Shown: positions 55,244-64,000 of the stretch, one piece after another
Numbering within the stretch: position 1 is the stretch's first letter
How the letters are laid out: each line of letters opens with the position of its first letter
DNA from: Actinomycetota bacterium
GTDB taxonomy: Bacteria > Actinomycetota > Acidimicrobiia > Acidimicrobiales > UBA10347
DNA length: 64,000 nucleotides
Reading direction: 5' to 3'
NCBI GenBank assembly: GCA_039028435.1
Contig: JBCCIC010000008.1
Location: 110,865 to 174,864 of the forward strand
The notes under the pieces: model-generated
The model's input: the letters and a program-made list of their open reading frames with translations, nothing else
Databases searched by the model: none
What the model was told of the DNA's origin: nothing
Program-made: the position numbers and the translations under genes

Positions 55244-57862
55244 GTGAATCGGATCTTTGGGCGGAAAGGTGACGTTGACGGGCTGCGCCGTCACGTCTTT
55301 CGGGACGGACGTTCCGTCCTCTTGCGGGGGGAATCAGGTGTCGGGCGAAGCGCAACGATGCGTCGCGTGGTGGCGCGCCCGAAACGGTCACATCGCGTGC
55401 TCAACCTGCGCACGAGCAAGAGTGGATTGAAGATCCCGTTCTCCGCCCTGGTGGGACTCTTGCCCGATGGGATCTTCGCCGGTGAGCCAGCCGAGGTTCT
55501 CGCCGCAGCCCAGGCGGCAATCGCCAGTTCGACCGAGCATGTCGTGCTGGCGGCCGACGACGTGCACCTCCTCGACGCGGCATCGGCCACGGTGATCGAT
55601 CGGGTGGTGCGCGAGTCGGATGTCTCCCTGGTGGCCAGCCTTCCGGACGGCGTCGAATGCCCCGCCTGGCTCGACCAGCTGCTGCTCGACGAACAGGTCA
55701 CGGAACGAACCCTGGCTACCCTTCCTCGAGACACCGTCGCCGAGCTGGTGGTGGCGCTGTTGGGATCCCAGGTTGCGGCACCCGTGGTCGAGGCGGTCTG
55801 GTCGGTGTCGCAAGGCAATCCGCGTGTCGTCAAGGAAGTTGTCCGAGCCGGACGCTCGAGTGGTGTGATCGCTCGCTGTGACGGGTGGTGGCGACTCGAG
55901 GGCGAACTCCCGCTTCCGCCGGTGCTGGTCGGTCGCATCGAACGCGCCATTCGCGCCCGGTCGAGCGAGGCGATCGAGGCACTGTCGCTGCTGGCGCTGG
56001 CTGAGTCTCTCGAGCTCGGTCTTCTCGAGGCACTTGCTGGCTCCGAAGCGATCGAGGAACTTGAGGCGGCAGACATCGTCCGAGCTCGCCGCGAAGGCGT
56101 CCGGACCCGTATTGAGATCTCGGATCCCGTTCTTCGACTCGTGGTGGTTGCGAGCTTCGGAGAGGCTCGACGGCGTTCGTTGGCTCGTCGACTTGCGCAC
56201 CGACTGTCAGCCTCCGGTTTCCGCCGTACGGGCGATGCCGTGCGTCTTGCTGCGTGGACCTTGCAGGGAGGCACTGCGGCTGATGCCGAACTCATGTTGC
56301 GTGCCCAGCGGGAGGCCCTTGCCAGCGGCGAGGTCGAGCTCGCCGTCCAGTTCGCTCGCACCGCAACCGCGTCCGGGGGAGTCGAATCTCACCTCGCGCT
56401 CGCCCAAACGCAGCTGATGTCGGGACGTGTTGCCGACGCCGAAGTCGCGCTCATGGCGGCGACTGCATTGGCCCGCCGGCCATTCGAGAGTGCGGCGATC
56501 GCGGTGATTCAAAGTCGGGCGTTCGCGGCGAACCGGAGCGACACATCCGCCGCTCGGGCGCACCTGAAGACCGTGGGGCGGCGCCTCCGCAACGCCGAGG
56601 CGCGGGAACTCCTCGAGGCCGAGTTTGCCCAACTGTGCCTTCGGGCCGGTGAGCTCGACGATGCGCTCCGCCTATTGGAACGTGTCGAGGTCGGCCGCAG
56701 CGCCACGATGACCACCGAGCTCCGGGGCTTGGTCGTCGGGGTCGAAGCCCTTTGTCGTGCTGGTCGTTTCGATCGAGCGCTCGAAGCGATCGGGCATGCT
56801 CGTCGCCTGATCGATGAAGGTGCTGATGCAGAGCCGCTCACCGACGAGCGTCTCGTCGCCATCGAGGTCTCGGCACTGTTGGGTGCCGGCCGGGTCGCCG
56901 ATGCACGAGCGATCGTCGATCGTCACAACCGGGTCGCACGCCAGCGGGGCCGTCAAGTTGCGCTTGATCTGCTGCGAGGGCTGCACGGTCGAGTCGCCCT
57001 CTGTGAGGGCGCAGTTGGCGACGCGGGGCAGAGTCTGGATGAAGCGCTGCGCGGGCTCGGACGATTCGACCCGCTTGGTCTGCGTCCCGGATTCCAAGGG
57101 CTCCGAGGATTGGTGGCGATCGCCGAGGCCGACCCGCAGAGGGCGCTCGATGCAGTCGCCCTCGTGGACAGGAAGGCGCTGGACCCGGAGGTCACGACCG
57201 CAGTCGCACGAGTCAGGGCGGGTGCGCAGGCAATGACGGGCACCCGGGACGAAGCGGTCGTCACCCTGGTCGATGCAAGTCGGATCGCGACGTCCATGGG
57301 ACATGACCATGCGGCCCTCGAAGCCCTTGCCGACGCGGTTCGTCTCGGTCGACCGACCGATGCGCTTGATCCGCTTCAGAGGCTTGCCGGTCGCGTCGAC
57401 GGTGAGCTCGTCGAGGTTGCCGCGGCCCACGCTGCGGCGCTCGGGGACGGCGACATCTCCGAGCTCGGGGCGGTCGGGCGTCGCTACCTGGACCTCGGCT
57501 TCAAGCTCCGCTCCGCCGAGGCGGCCGCGCAGGTGACGGCCCTTGCTCGCGAGAGGGCGGGTGCAGCCCGTCGGGCCGAAGAGACCGTCGAGTGGGCGGC
57601 TGCTCGTCTATCGATGTTGCTCGACGGCTGCCCCGGCGCATCCGCGATGGCGCTGCCCGCGACGGGTTCCGTGCTCACGAGACGGCAGCGAGAGGTCGCG
57701 CAGATGGCCCCGTTCGCGTCGAATCGCGAGATCGCCGAGCGGTTGGGCGTGTCGGTGAGGACCGTCGAGAACCATCTGAACACCGTCTATCGAACGCTCG
57801 ACATCCACGCCCGCGAGGAGCTTCGTAGCCTTTTCGTCGGCGCTAACGGTGGTTTTGAGTAG
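55244..57862 (+). CDS. Large ATP-binding LuxR-family (LAL/MalT-like) regulator
   Basis: Walker A-like GESGVGRS, Walker B ADDVHLLD, GNP motif, and C-terminal LTRRQREVA....SNREIAERL.VS.RTVENHL. GTG 55244 after GGGAGA. Confidence 0.88.
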   Translation: MNRIFGRKGDVDGLRRHVFRDGRSVLLRGESGVGRSATMRRVVARPKRSHRVLNLRTSKSGLKIPFSALVGLLPDGIFAGEPAEVLAAAQAAIASSTEHVVLAADDVHLLDAASATVIDRVVRESDVSLVASLPDGVECPAWLDQLLLDEQVTERTLATLPRDTVAELVVALLGSQVAAPVVEAVWSVSQGNPRVVKEVVRAGRSSGVIARCDGWWRLEGELPLPPVLVGRIERAIRARSSEAIEALSLLALAESLELGLLEALAGSEAIEELEAADIVRARREGVRTRIEISDPVLRLVVVASFGEARRRSLARRLAHRLSASGFRRTGDAVRLAAWTLQGGTAADAELMLRAQREALASGEVELAVQFARTATASGGVESHLALAQTQLMSGRVADAEVALMAATALARRPFESAAIAVIQSRAFAANRSDTSAARAHLKTVGRRLRNAEARELLEAEFAQLCLRAGELDDALRLLERVEVGRSATMTTELRGLVVGVEALCRAGRFDRALEAIGHARRLIDEGADAEPLTDERLVAIEVSALLGAGRVADARAIVDRHNRVARQRGRQVALDLLRGLHGRVALCEGAVGDAGQSLDEALRGLGRFDPLGLRPGFQGLRGLVAIAEADPQRALDAVALVDRKALDPEVTTAVARVRAGAQAMTGTRDEAVVTLVDASRIATSMGHDHAALEALADAVRLGRPTDALDPLQRLAGRVDGELVEVAAAHAAALGDGDISELGAVGRRYLDLGFKLRSAEAAAQVTALARERAGAARRAEETVEWAAARLSMLLDGCPGASAMALPATGSVLTRRQREVAQMAPFASNREIAERLGVSVRTVENHLNTVYRTLDIHAREELRSLFVGANGGFE

Positions 57863-57894
57863 CCGAATTCCCGGATTTGAGTAGTCGCTACTCA
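57854..57894. promoter_or_regulatory. Operator-like array TGAGTAG x2 + CTACTCA
   Basis: TTTGAGTAG at 57854 and 57876 (22-bp period). Palindrome TGAGTAG-tcg-CTACTCA at 57878-57894. Confidence 0.65.
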
Positions 57895-57931
57895 TGACCT
57901 GATCGAGCCCCGGTCGGTACTGTCGTCGGCG

Positions 57932-60900
57932 GTGAGGCGGGACAAGCGGCTCTGGGCGGCTCTTTTAGCCGCGGTGCTTCTCTTTCCGCTCGTGCCGATG
58001 GCGGGCACCGCCGCGGCGATCGAACCTCCGCAACTGACGCCATCGGAGGACCCGGCATGCGAGTCGTCTCTCGGCCGGCTCATCGATCTCGACCGGTGCG
58101 CCTCGGCCCACAACGAGTTCCTCGAACTGGTCGGCGCCGCTGCCCTCGACCTCGAGTCGGTGGCCGCGCTCGACGCGCAGCTTCGGGTCATCGACGGTGC
58201 CGAGTCGAGTCCTCTCGAAGCGATTGAGTCGGGGATCGGCGACGCCGGCAACGCTGATGCAGTCGGTGCAGTCGAGGTCGTGGAACCCGGCGCCGACTGC
58301 CCGGCCTACACGATCGGTGAGGTCTTCGCCGATCCGGATGGCGACTGGGACGGCGACGGCCTGAGCAACCTTTCCGAGCTGTTCGTCGGCTTGGATCCGT
58401 GCACCTTCGACGTGCTCCCCGATGGCTTCGCTGATCCGATCCCGGCGCCCGAGCCAGCACCCGCGCCGCCGTCGGCGCCCGCCGTCGTCTCGGCGCCGAC
58501 CGAGTTCGACGAGTTGTCCGACGACGAAGCCGACGCCACCGACGGCGCCGCGCCGGTGGCCGCTCCCGAACCGCAGGTCGACCCTTGCGAAGGCGGGACC
58601 TACTCGATGCAGGACGCCCGTGATGACGCGGCCGGCGATTGGGACGGCGACGGTCTTGCCAACGCCGACGAGGCGTTCAACGGATTCGACCCGTGCACGG
58701 CCAACCCCGAGGCGGCCGACCTCGTCGACGCGATCCAGCCGGTGGTGGCAGCCCAGGCCGATGCCGACCCTGATGCCACGCCGTGCCCCGACTACGGATT
58801 CAGCGACATCATCGACGACCCGGATTCCGACTGGGACGGCGATGGCGTGAGTAACAGCAACGAATTCCACGGCGCCCGAAACCCCTGCGTCGCCGACTCG
58901 GTCCCGGGTGCGGTCACGCCGATCGGCGACCCCGGCCCCGAGCCCAACCCCGACCGCTGCCCGGCCTGGTCGTTGTCCGACATCATCGACGACCCGAACG
59001 GGGACTGGGACGGCGACGGTGTGCCGAATGCCCACGAGCTGAACGTCACCAACACCGATCCCTGCAACTTCGAGCTCAACCTCGAACCGGGCCCCGTTCC
59101 GTTCGCCAACGCAACCGCCGAAGGTTCGCCGTGCCCCCAGTACAGCGTCGATGAGATCTTCGCTGATCCGGATTCGGACTGGGACGGCGATGGCAGCACG
59201 AACTCCGAGGAGTTCTTCAACACTCGAAACCCGTGTCTGTCCGATGCGGTCATCCGAGCCCAACTGAACAGTTCTGGCGCGACCCCCAACGGCAATGACG
59301 ATCTTCCGCCCAACGTCACCATCATCGAGGACGAGACGGTCAACGAGAACACGTCGCTCACCGACGAGGAACAGCGCGAAGCGGATCGGGCTCGCCAAAT
59401 CGCTGACGAGCAGAACGCGGACAACGGTGGCAGTGACACCGACGGCAACGACGACGGCAACGACGACGGCCCTGACAGCAACGGCGCTGATGACGCGGTC
59501 GAGGTGCCGATCGACGGTGGTGGCATCGAGATCGACGGCGATGCCACCAATGGTGCGCAAGGCGACACCGGAGATTCGAGCGATTCGCAGCCTGGCGGCG
59601 ATGGTGTCGACGGCGACACTTCGCCCAACGGTGGTGCTGGTGGAGACGAGGTGCCGATCGACGGCGGCGGCATCGAGATCGAGGCCCCTGCTGATGGGGT
59701 ACATGTCGGCGGCTCCGGTGCAATCCACCCCGAACCTGGCGACCCGGCCGCACCGAATGCCCCGGTCGATCCGAACAGCGACACGATTGCGCTCGGTGAT
59801 GGAGGTTCCGACGGTGATGAGGGCGGCAGCGATGCCGGTTCGGGCGAACCGGTTGTTGTGGTTGGGTCGGGTGCGATCATGCCGGAGCCCGGCGATCCGG
59901 CCGTTGAGGGTGCCGAGCCCGAAGACCCCGAGGGCGACACGATCGCGATCGACGGCGACGCCGGTGCTGGCCCGGGTGGCGAGGGTGCGCAGGGCAACGG
60001 TGAAGCCGATGGTCAGGACGATCAGTCAAACGAAGGCGGCGATGACGATCAGGGCGATGACGATCAGGGCGATGCCGACCAGGGCGATGACGACCAGGGC
60101 GAGGGCGCCCCGGTCCTCGTCATCGGTGGGTCGAGCAACATCCTCCCCGAGGACGGCGACCCGATGGCCGGCGGTGGGACCTTCTCGGACCAGGACGACA
60201 CGATCGCCCTCGATGGCGACGGTGAGCCTGCGGGTCAAGCTGGCGACGCCGGGTCGGCCGGAAGTGCCGATAGTCAGCCAGCTGACACCGGGGAAAACGA
60301 CCCGAGCTGGGCGGTCAATGACAGTGTCGCTTCACTGACACTTGCCCCGGGGCGCTCCGAGCTCCGTCGTGTGGGTGGCGAGCTGGAGGTTGTGACCGGT
60401 GGTGAAGCCCATCGCCTCGTCCTCGACGGCATCGCCAGCGTGCAGATCCAGGGCACGGCGGCGACCGACGAACTGGTGCTCGACCTGAGTGGCGGTGCGT
60501 TCGGTGTGCCGGTCAACTTCGACGGTGCGGGGGGCGACGATGCCCTGCTCGGACCGGCGCCGAACACCATCTGGAACATTTCGAGCAACAATGCCGGAAG
60601 TGTCGTTGGCCTGACATTTGGCAACGTGGAGCGCCTGCTCGGCGCTGCCGGCAACGAGGACGAGTTCGTCTTCGGCCCCTCTGGTGACATCGACGGTCAC
60701 GTGCACGGCGGCGACGCCGGCTTCGACACCATGGTGTTCGAGGGCGCCGTCGAGGAGTGGAGCCACTCCGCCGCCAACAGCAACGACGGCACCTACCAGC
60801 TCGACGGACGAAGCATCGAGTACCGGGGCCTCGAGCCGGTCGTGATCACCAACCCGGGGACGAACGCCTCGATCGACCTGACGGCCGGCGACGACACCGA

Positions 60901-63900
60901 CGCCGTGCTGCGACAGGACGGCGGCGGCGACCTGATCCTCGAAGGCAGCACCTTCGAGTTCACCCAATTCGCCGTCCCCACGACCTCGCTCACGATCGAC
61001 GGAGCCGGTGGCCGTGACACCGTCACCATCGAGGGCCTCGTCAATCTGGGCAACGCAGCCCTGACGATCATCGCCGAGATCATCCGCCTGGCTCCCGGCG
61101 CCGAGCTGATCACGACGAGCGATGTGACCCTCACCGCAGGGGACACGGCCGCAGGCGCCGCCGCCGGCTTTGGCCTGCTCAACGGCGACATCGCCGGCAT
61201 CGCCGTCTTCAATGCCGACGCCGACGCGTCGATTCAGGTCGGCCAGGCGGGCAACGGTGCATCGATCACCGCCGCACGTGTCACGCTGAGCGCGACCGCC
61301 ACCGCGACGGTTGAGCCGGCGGCCGACCTCTTCGTTCGTACCGACGGCACGGCGAGTGCGATGGTCGAGGTCATCGACTCGTCGATCACGGCCACCACCG
61401 GCGACGTCACGATCACCGCAGAGAGTGATGTGACGGCCACGGCCACTGCCGGTGGTGACGGTTCGACGCTCTCCGGCTTCGACGGCGCGGTCGGCAATGT
61501 CGACGTCACGTCGACCGCAACGGCAGCGGTCCGAGGTGAGAGCACCGTCATGGCTGCAAGCGGGGCAGTCACGGTCGGGGCGACCAACGCGGTCGATGCA
61601 TCCGGTGTCGGTAACGCAACCGATGCCGGTGCCGACGGTGTCGGCGGCGGCGTCTCCGTCGTCACGGTCACCCAGACGACACTCGCCGAGGTCGCAAACG
61701 ACTCGGGCACCGTCACCAACTGGATGGTCGACTCCCTCGACGTGACCGCTACGGCGACGAGCGACGTGGACAGCACCTCAACGGCGAGTGCTGATGGCGC
61801 CGACGGCGACGATGCCGCCAACGCCACCGACCAGGAGACGCCCGACGATCGCACCGATGGCAACAGCTCCGCCGCTGCCGGTGGCGCCATCGGCGTATCG
61901 GGCGCCTTGTCCTACACCGGGTTGACATCCACCACCACCGCCCGAGTCGACGGCGACGTCTCGATCGACGCGGCGACGACTCAGAACGTCGACGCACGGT
62001 CCGCTCACGACAGCGAGGCCAGCGCCAACGGGCAGACGGCCGATGGAACCGGAACCGGCGTCGGCGTCGCAATCGCCATCAACGACGTCACGGTGACCAC
62101 GGCCGCCAGCGCCGAGGGTGGGGCCACGCTCGAAGCTGATGGTGGGGTCGGAATCGCCGCTGGAGTTGCCGGCATGGGCGCCTCGGATCGCTTCGTCGCC
62201 CAGGCCAATGCCGGTGCCAGCAGCGGCGCCGACGGGGGCTCTACGACCGGTATCGCCGGTGCGCTTGCCGTCAATGTCGCCACCAGCACCCACACCGCAG
62301 CCCTCGGAGACTCGACGAACGGCGGCGACGCCGGGGCGACGGTCGATGGCGATCTCTCCGTCACGTCGACCTCCAACCGCACCGACACCACGACTGCCGA
62401 TGCCTCCGTTGGGAACGGCGTCGGCGCGTCGATCGCCGTGGCCGTACTCAACGACGACACAAGCGCGGCGGTCGCCGACGATGCCGAACTCGGCACTACC
62501 GTCGACACGCTGACCGTCACGGCCACCGCCGACCGGACCACCTCGACGATGAGCCAGACCGCTGCCGCCGGAGGAACGAACTCGGTCACCCCGTCGATCG
62601 CCATCACGGTCTCGAACCTCGACATCTCGGCCGACCTGGGCACCGGCGCCGCCGGGACGATCACCAACGGCGCCGAACTCGGTGCCACACTGACCGCCGA
62701 GACCACGACCGCGGCGAACGGCTCACCCGATCCGGCCGGCGCCGTCGGCGTCTCGATCGCCCTCGCCTTCGTCAACCACCGTGCGACGTCGAATGTGGAG
62801 CGCAGCCTCACCGCCGGCGGTGATGTCTCGGCGACCACGGCCACGAACTCCACCGTCACCACGACCGCGACGGCAGCGGCGGGCGGCGAAGACGAGGCCA
62901 ACGCCGACCCCGGCGACGTGACCGGTCAGGTCGCCGGTCAGCGCAGCAATGCCGACGCGGTTGCCGCCAACAACGGCACCGACGGTGCCAGCGGTTCGAG
63001 CTCACCCGATGCCGAGACCTCGGGCGGATCGATTGCGGTTGGCGCTGCGGTTGCGCTCGCGGTGATCGACGCCGCATCGCTGGCAACACTGGCCTCCACC
63101 GGAACGATCATCACTACGGGCGCAGCGTCACTGCGCTCGTCCGGAGATGTCGACGCGACCACGACCGCCGACGGGAGCGCAGTGCTGGGTGGCGCAGGCG
63201 GCGGCACCAGCATCGGCGTGGCCGTGGCCATCAGCCGAGTCACCCTCGAGACGCGCTCGTCGATCGCCGGCACCATCCAGGCGGCCAACGTCATCGCCGA
63301 TGCCGGTCGCCTCACCCCGACCGAGAACACCCTGGCCACCACCGCAACCTCCGGTGCCTCCGGCGGCTCGGTGGGCGTGGCCTTCTCGCTGGCGCTCCAC
63401 ATCGCCGACATCACGACGACCGCCGAGGTCGCGGGCACTGCCGATGTGACGGCAACCGGCGATGTCGACGTCCAGGCTTCGGCCACGAGTACCTCGAACG
63501 CCGCCGCAACCCCGCACGACGGCGGCGGCATGGCCGACGACGTCGGCGTCGGCGCGAGCGTCGCCCTCAACATCGTCACCGACTCAGCGGTTGCCGAGGT
63601 CGCGGCCGGCGCGACCATCGACTTCAGCGCCGCCACGTCGGCAGAGATCATCGCCGCCGGCGGACATGCGCTCACAACCAACGCCGAAAGCGGTGCATCG
63701 GGCGGCGTGGCCGTCGCCCCGGCCATCGCCGTGGCATTGGCCACGATCAGCCGAACCGCCAACCTCAGCGGCGCAGGTAGCCCGCTCATCCAGATCGCTG
63801 GATCCTTGACGATCGCCGGTCGCGCCCCACCCGCTGCCAACACCTCCACCACGACCGCCACCGGTCTGACCTCCTCGTCCGGCACCGCGGGTGTCGGCGT

Positions 63901-64000
63901 CTCGCTTGCCCTGACCATCTCCAACATCACCGTCACTGCCACGCTCACACGCGACGTGCAGCTGACTAGCGGCGGCGTTCTTGCCGTGACCGCCACGGGC
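57932..64000 (+). CDS. Giant secreted acidic repeat protein (adhesin/surface-filament-like), at least 2,023 aa, 3' end outside the window
   Basis: Absent from the ORF track because it has no stop. GTG 57932 gives Sec signal MRRDKRLWAALLAAVLLFPLVPMAGTAAA. The same frame was open at every point checked up to 64000. Contains five DWDGDG repeats, a D/G/P linker, and a long A/T/G/V/S-rich region with repeated GVG.S.A.. motifs. Confidence 0.85.
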   Translation, partial: MRRDKRLWAALLAAVLLFPLVPMAGTAAAIEPPQLTPSEDPACESSLGRLIDLDRCASAHNEFLELVGAAALDLESVAALDAQLRVIDGAESSPLEAIESGIGDAGNADAVGAVEVVEPGADCPAYTIGEVFADPDGDWDGDGLSNLSELFVGLDPCTFDVLPDGFADPIPAPEPAPAPPSAPAVVSAPTEFDELSDDEADATDGAAPVAAPEPQVDPCEGGTYSMQDARDDAAGDWDGDGLANADEAFNGFDPCTANPEAADLVDAIQPVVAAQADADPDATPCPDYGFSDIIDDPDSDWDGDGVSNSNEFHGARNPCVADSVPGAVTPIGDPGPEPNPDRCPAWSLSDIIDDPNGDWDGDGVPNAHELNVTNTDPCNFELNLEPGPVPFANATAEGSPCPQYSVDEIFADPDSDWDGDGSTNSEEFFNTRNPCLSDAVIRAQLNSSGATPNGNDDLPPNVTIIEDETVNENTSLTDEEQREADRARQIADEQNADNGGSDTDGNDDGNDDGPDSNGADDAVEVPIDGGGIEIDGDATNGAQGDTGDSSDSQPGGDGVDGDTSPNGGAGGDEVPIDGGGIEIEAPADGVHVGGSGAIHPEPGDPAAPNAPVDPNSDTIALGDGGSDGDEGGSDAGSGEPVVVVGSGAIMPEPGDPAVEGAEPEDPEGDTIAIDGDAGAGPGGEGAQGNGEADGQDDQSNEGGDDDQGDDDQGDADQGDDDQGEGAPVLVIGGSSNILPEDGDPMAGGGTFSDQDDTIALDGDGEPAGQAGDAGSAGSADSQPADTGENDPSWAVNDSVASLTLAPGRSELRRVGGELEVVTGGEAHRLVLDGIASVQIQGTAATDELVLDLSGGAFGVPVNFDGAGGDDALLGPAPNTIWNISSNNAGSVVGLTFGNVERLLGAAGNEDEFVFGPSGDIDGHVHGGDAGFDTMVFEGAVEEWSHSAANSNDGTYQLDGRSIEYRGLEPVVITNPGTNASIDLTAGDDTDAVLRQDGGGDLILEGSTFEFTQFAVPTTSLTIDGAGGRDTVTIEGLVNLGNAALTIIAEIIRLAPGAELITTSDVTLTAGDTAAGAAAGFGLLNGDIAGIAVFNADADASIQVGQAGNGASITAARVTLSATATATVEPAADLFVRTDGTASAMVEVIDSSITATTGDVTITAESDVTATATAGGDGSTLSGFDGAVGNVDVTSTATAAVRGESTVMAASGAVTVGATNAVDASGVGNATDAGADGVGGGVSVVTVTQTTLAEVANDSGTVTNWMVDSLDVTATATSDVDSTSTASADGADGDDAANATDQETPDDRTDGNSSAAAGGAIGVSGALSYTGLTSTTTARVDGDVSIDAATTQNVDARSAHDSEASANGQTADGTGTGVGVAIAINDVTVTTAASAEGGATLEADGGVGIAAGVAGMGASDRFVAQANAGASSGADGGSTTGIAGALAVNVATSTHTAALGDSTNGGDAGATVDGDLSVTSTSNRTDTTTADASVGNGVGASIAVAVLNDDTSAAVADDAELGTTVDTLTVTATADRTTSTMSQTAAAGGTNSVTPSIAITVSNLDISADLGTGAAGTITNGAELGATLTAETTTAANGSPDPAGAVGVSIALAFVNHRATSNVERSLTAGGDVSATTATNSTVTTTATAAAGGEDEANADPGDVTGQVAGQRSNADAVAANNGTDGASGSSSPDAETSGGSIAVGAAVALAVIDAASLATLASTGTIITTGAASLRSSGDVDATTTADGSAVLGGAGGGTSIGVAVAISRVTLETRSSIAGTIQAANVIADAGRLTPTENTLATTATSGASGGSVGVAFSLALHIADITTTAEVAGTADVTATGDVDVQASATSTSNAAATPHDGGGMADDVGVGASVALNIVTDSAVAEVAAGATIDFSAATSAEIIAAGGHALTTNAESGASGGVAVAPAIAVALATISRTANLSGAGSPLIQIAGSLTIAGRAPPAANTSTTTATGLTSSSGTAGVGVSLALTISNITVTATLTRDVQLTSGGVLAVTATG
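58298..59236 (+). repeat. Five intragenic Cys-bounded DWDGDG repeats
   Basis: CPAYTIGEVFADPDGDWDGDGLSNLSE..DPC; CEGGTYSMQDARDDAAGDWDGDGLANADE..DPC; CPDYGFSDIIDDPDSDWDGDGVSNSNE..NPC; CPAWSLSDIIDDPNGDWDGDGVPNAHE..DPC; CPQYSVDEIFADPDSDWDGDGSTNSEE..NPC. Confidence 0.85.

Noticed and set aside
1-64000. tRNA (including selC), rRNA, integrase or transposase
   Set aside because: None recognised by eye. Intergenic gaps are short and mostly explained, but a covariance-model scan was not possible.

Overview
High-GC, gene-dense 64 kb window that looks actinobacterial (Acidimicrobiia-like; inferred from gene content such as F420-type enzymes, many SDR/P450/FadE paralogues and a SNF2+SWIM pair). Positions 1-54 kb are mostly lipid/aromatic/heterocycle catabolic enzymes: 3 P450s, 2 Rieske oxygenase alpha subunits, 8 SDRs, 3 CoA-transferases, thiolase+DUF35, 2 acyl-CoA dehydrogenases, a molybdopterin oxidoreductase and a NicX-like enzyme. 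The window ends with a large ATP-binding LuxR regulator, a TGAGTAG/CTACTCA operator-like array and a secreted acidic repeat protein of more than 2,000 aa that runs off the edge. The best hidden signal is missing from the ORF track: a 154-aa AhpD/CMD-like gene (21104-21568, minus) with an in-frame TGA in a CxxU motif and a SECIS-like hairpin 12 nt downstream, i.e. a probable selenoprotein. It is divergent from an unusual GGDEF + ribbon-helix-helix fusion across an AT-rich palindromic spacer. A dispersed REP-like palindrome family is also present. I recognised no rRNA, tRNA, CRISPR array or transposase. All calls come from manual motif reading; no database search was run.
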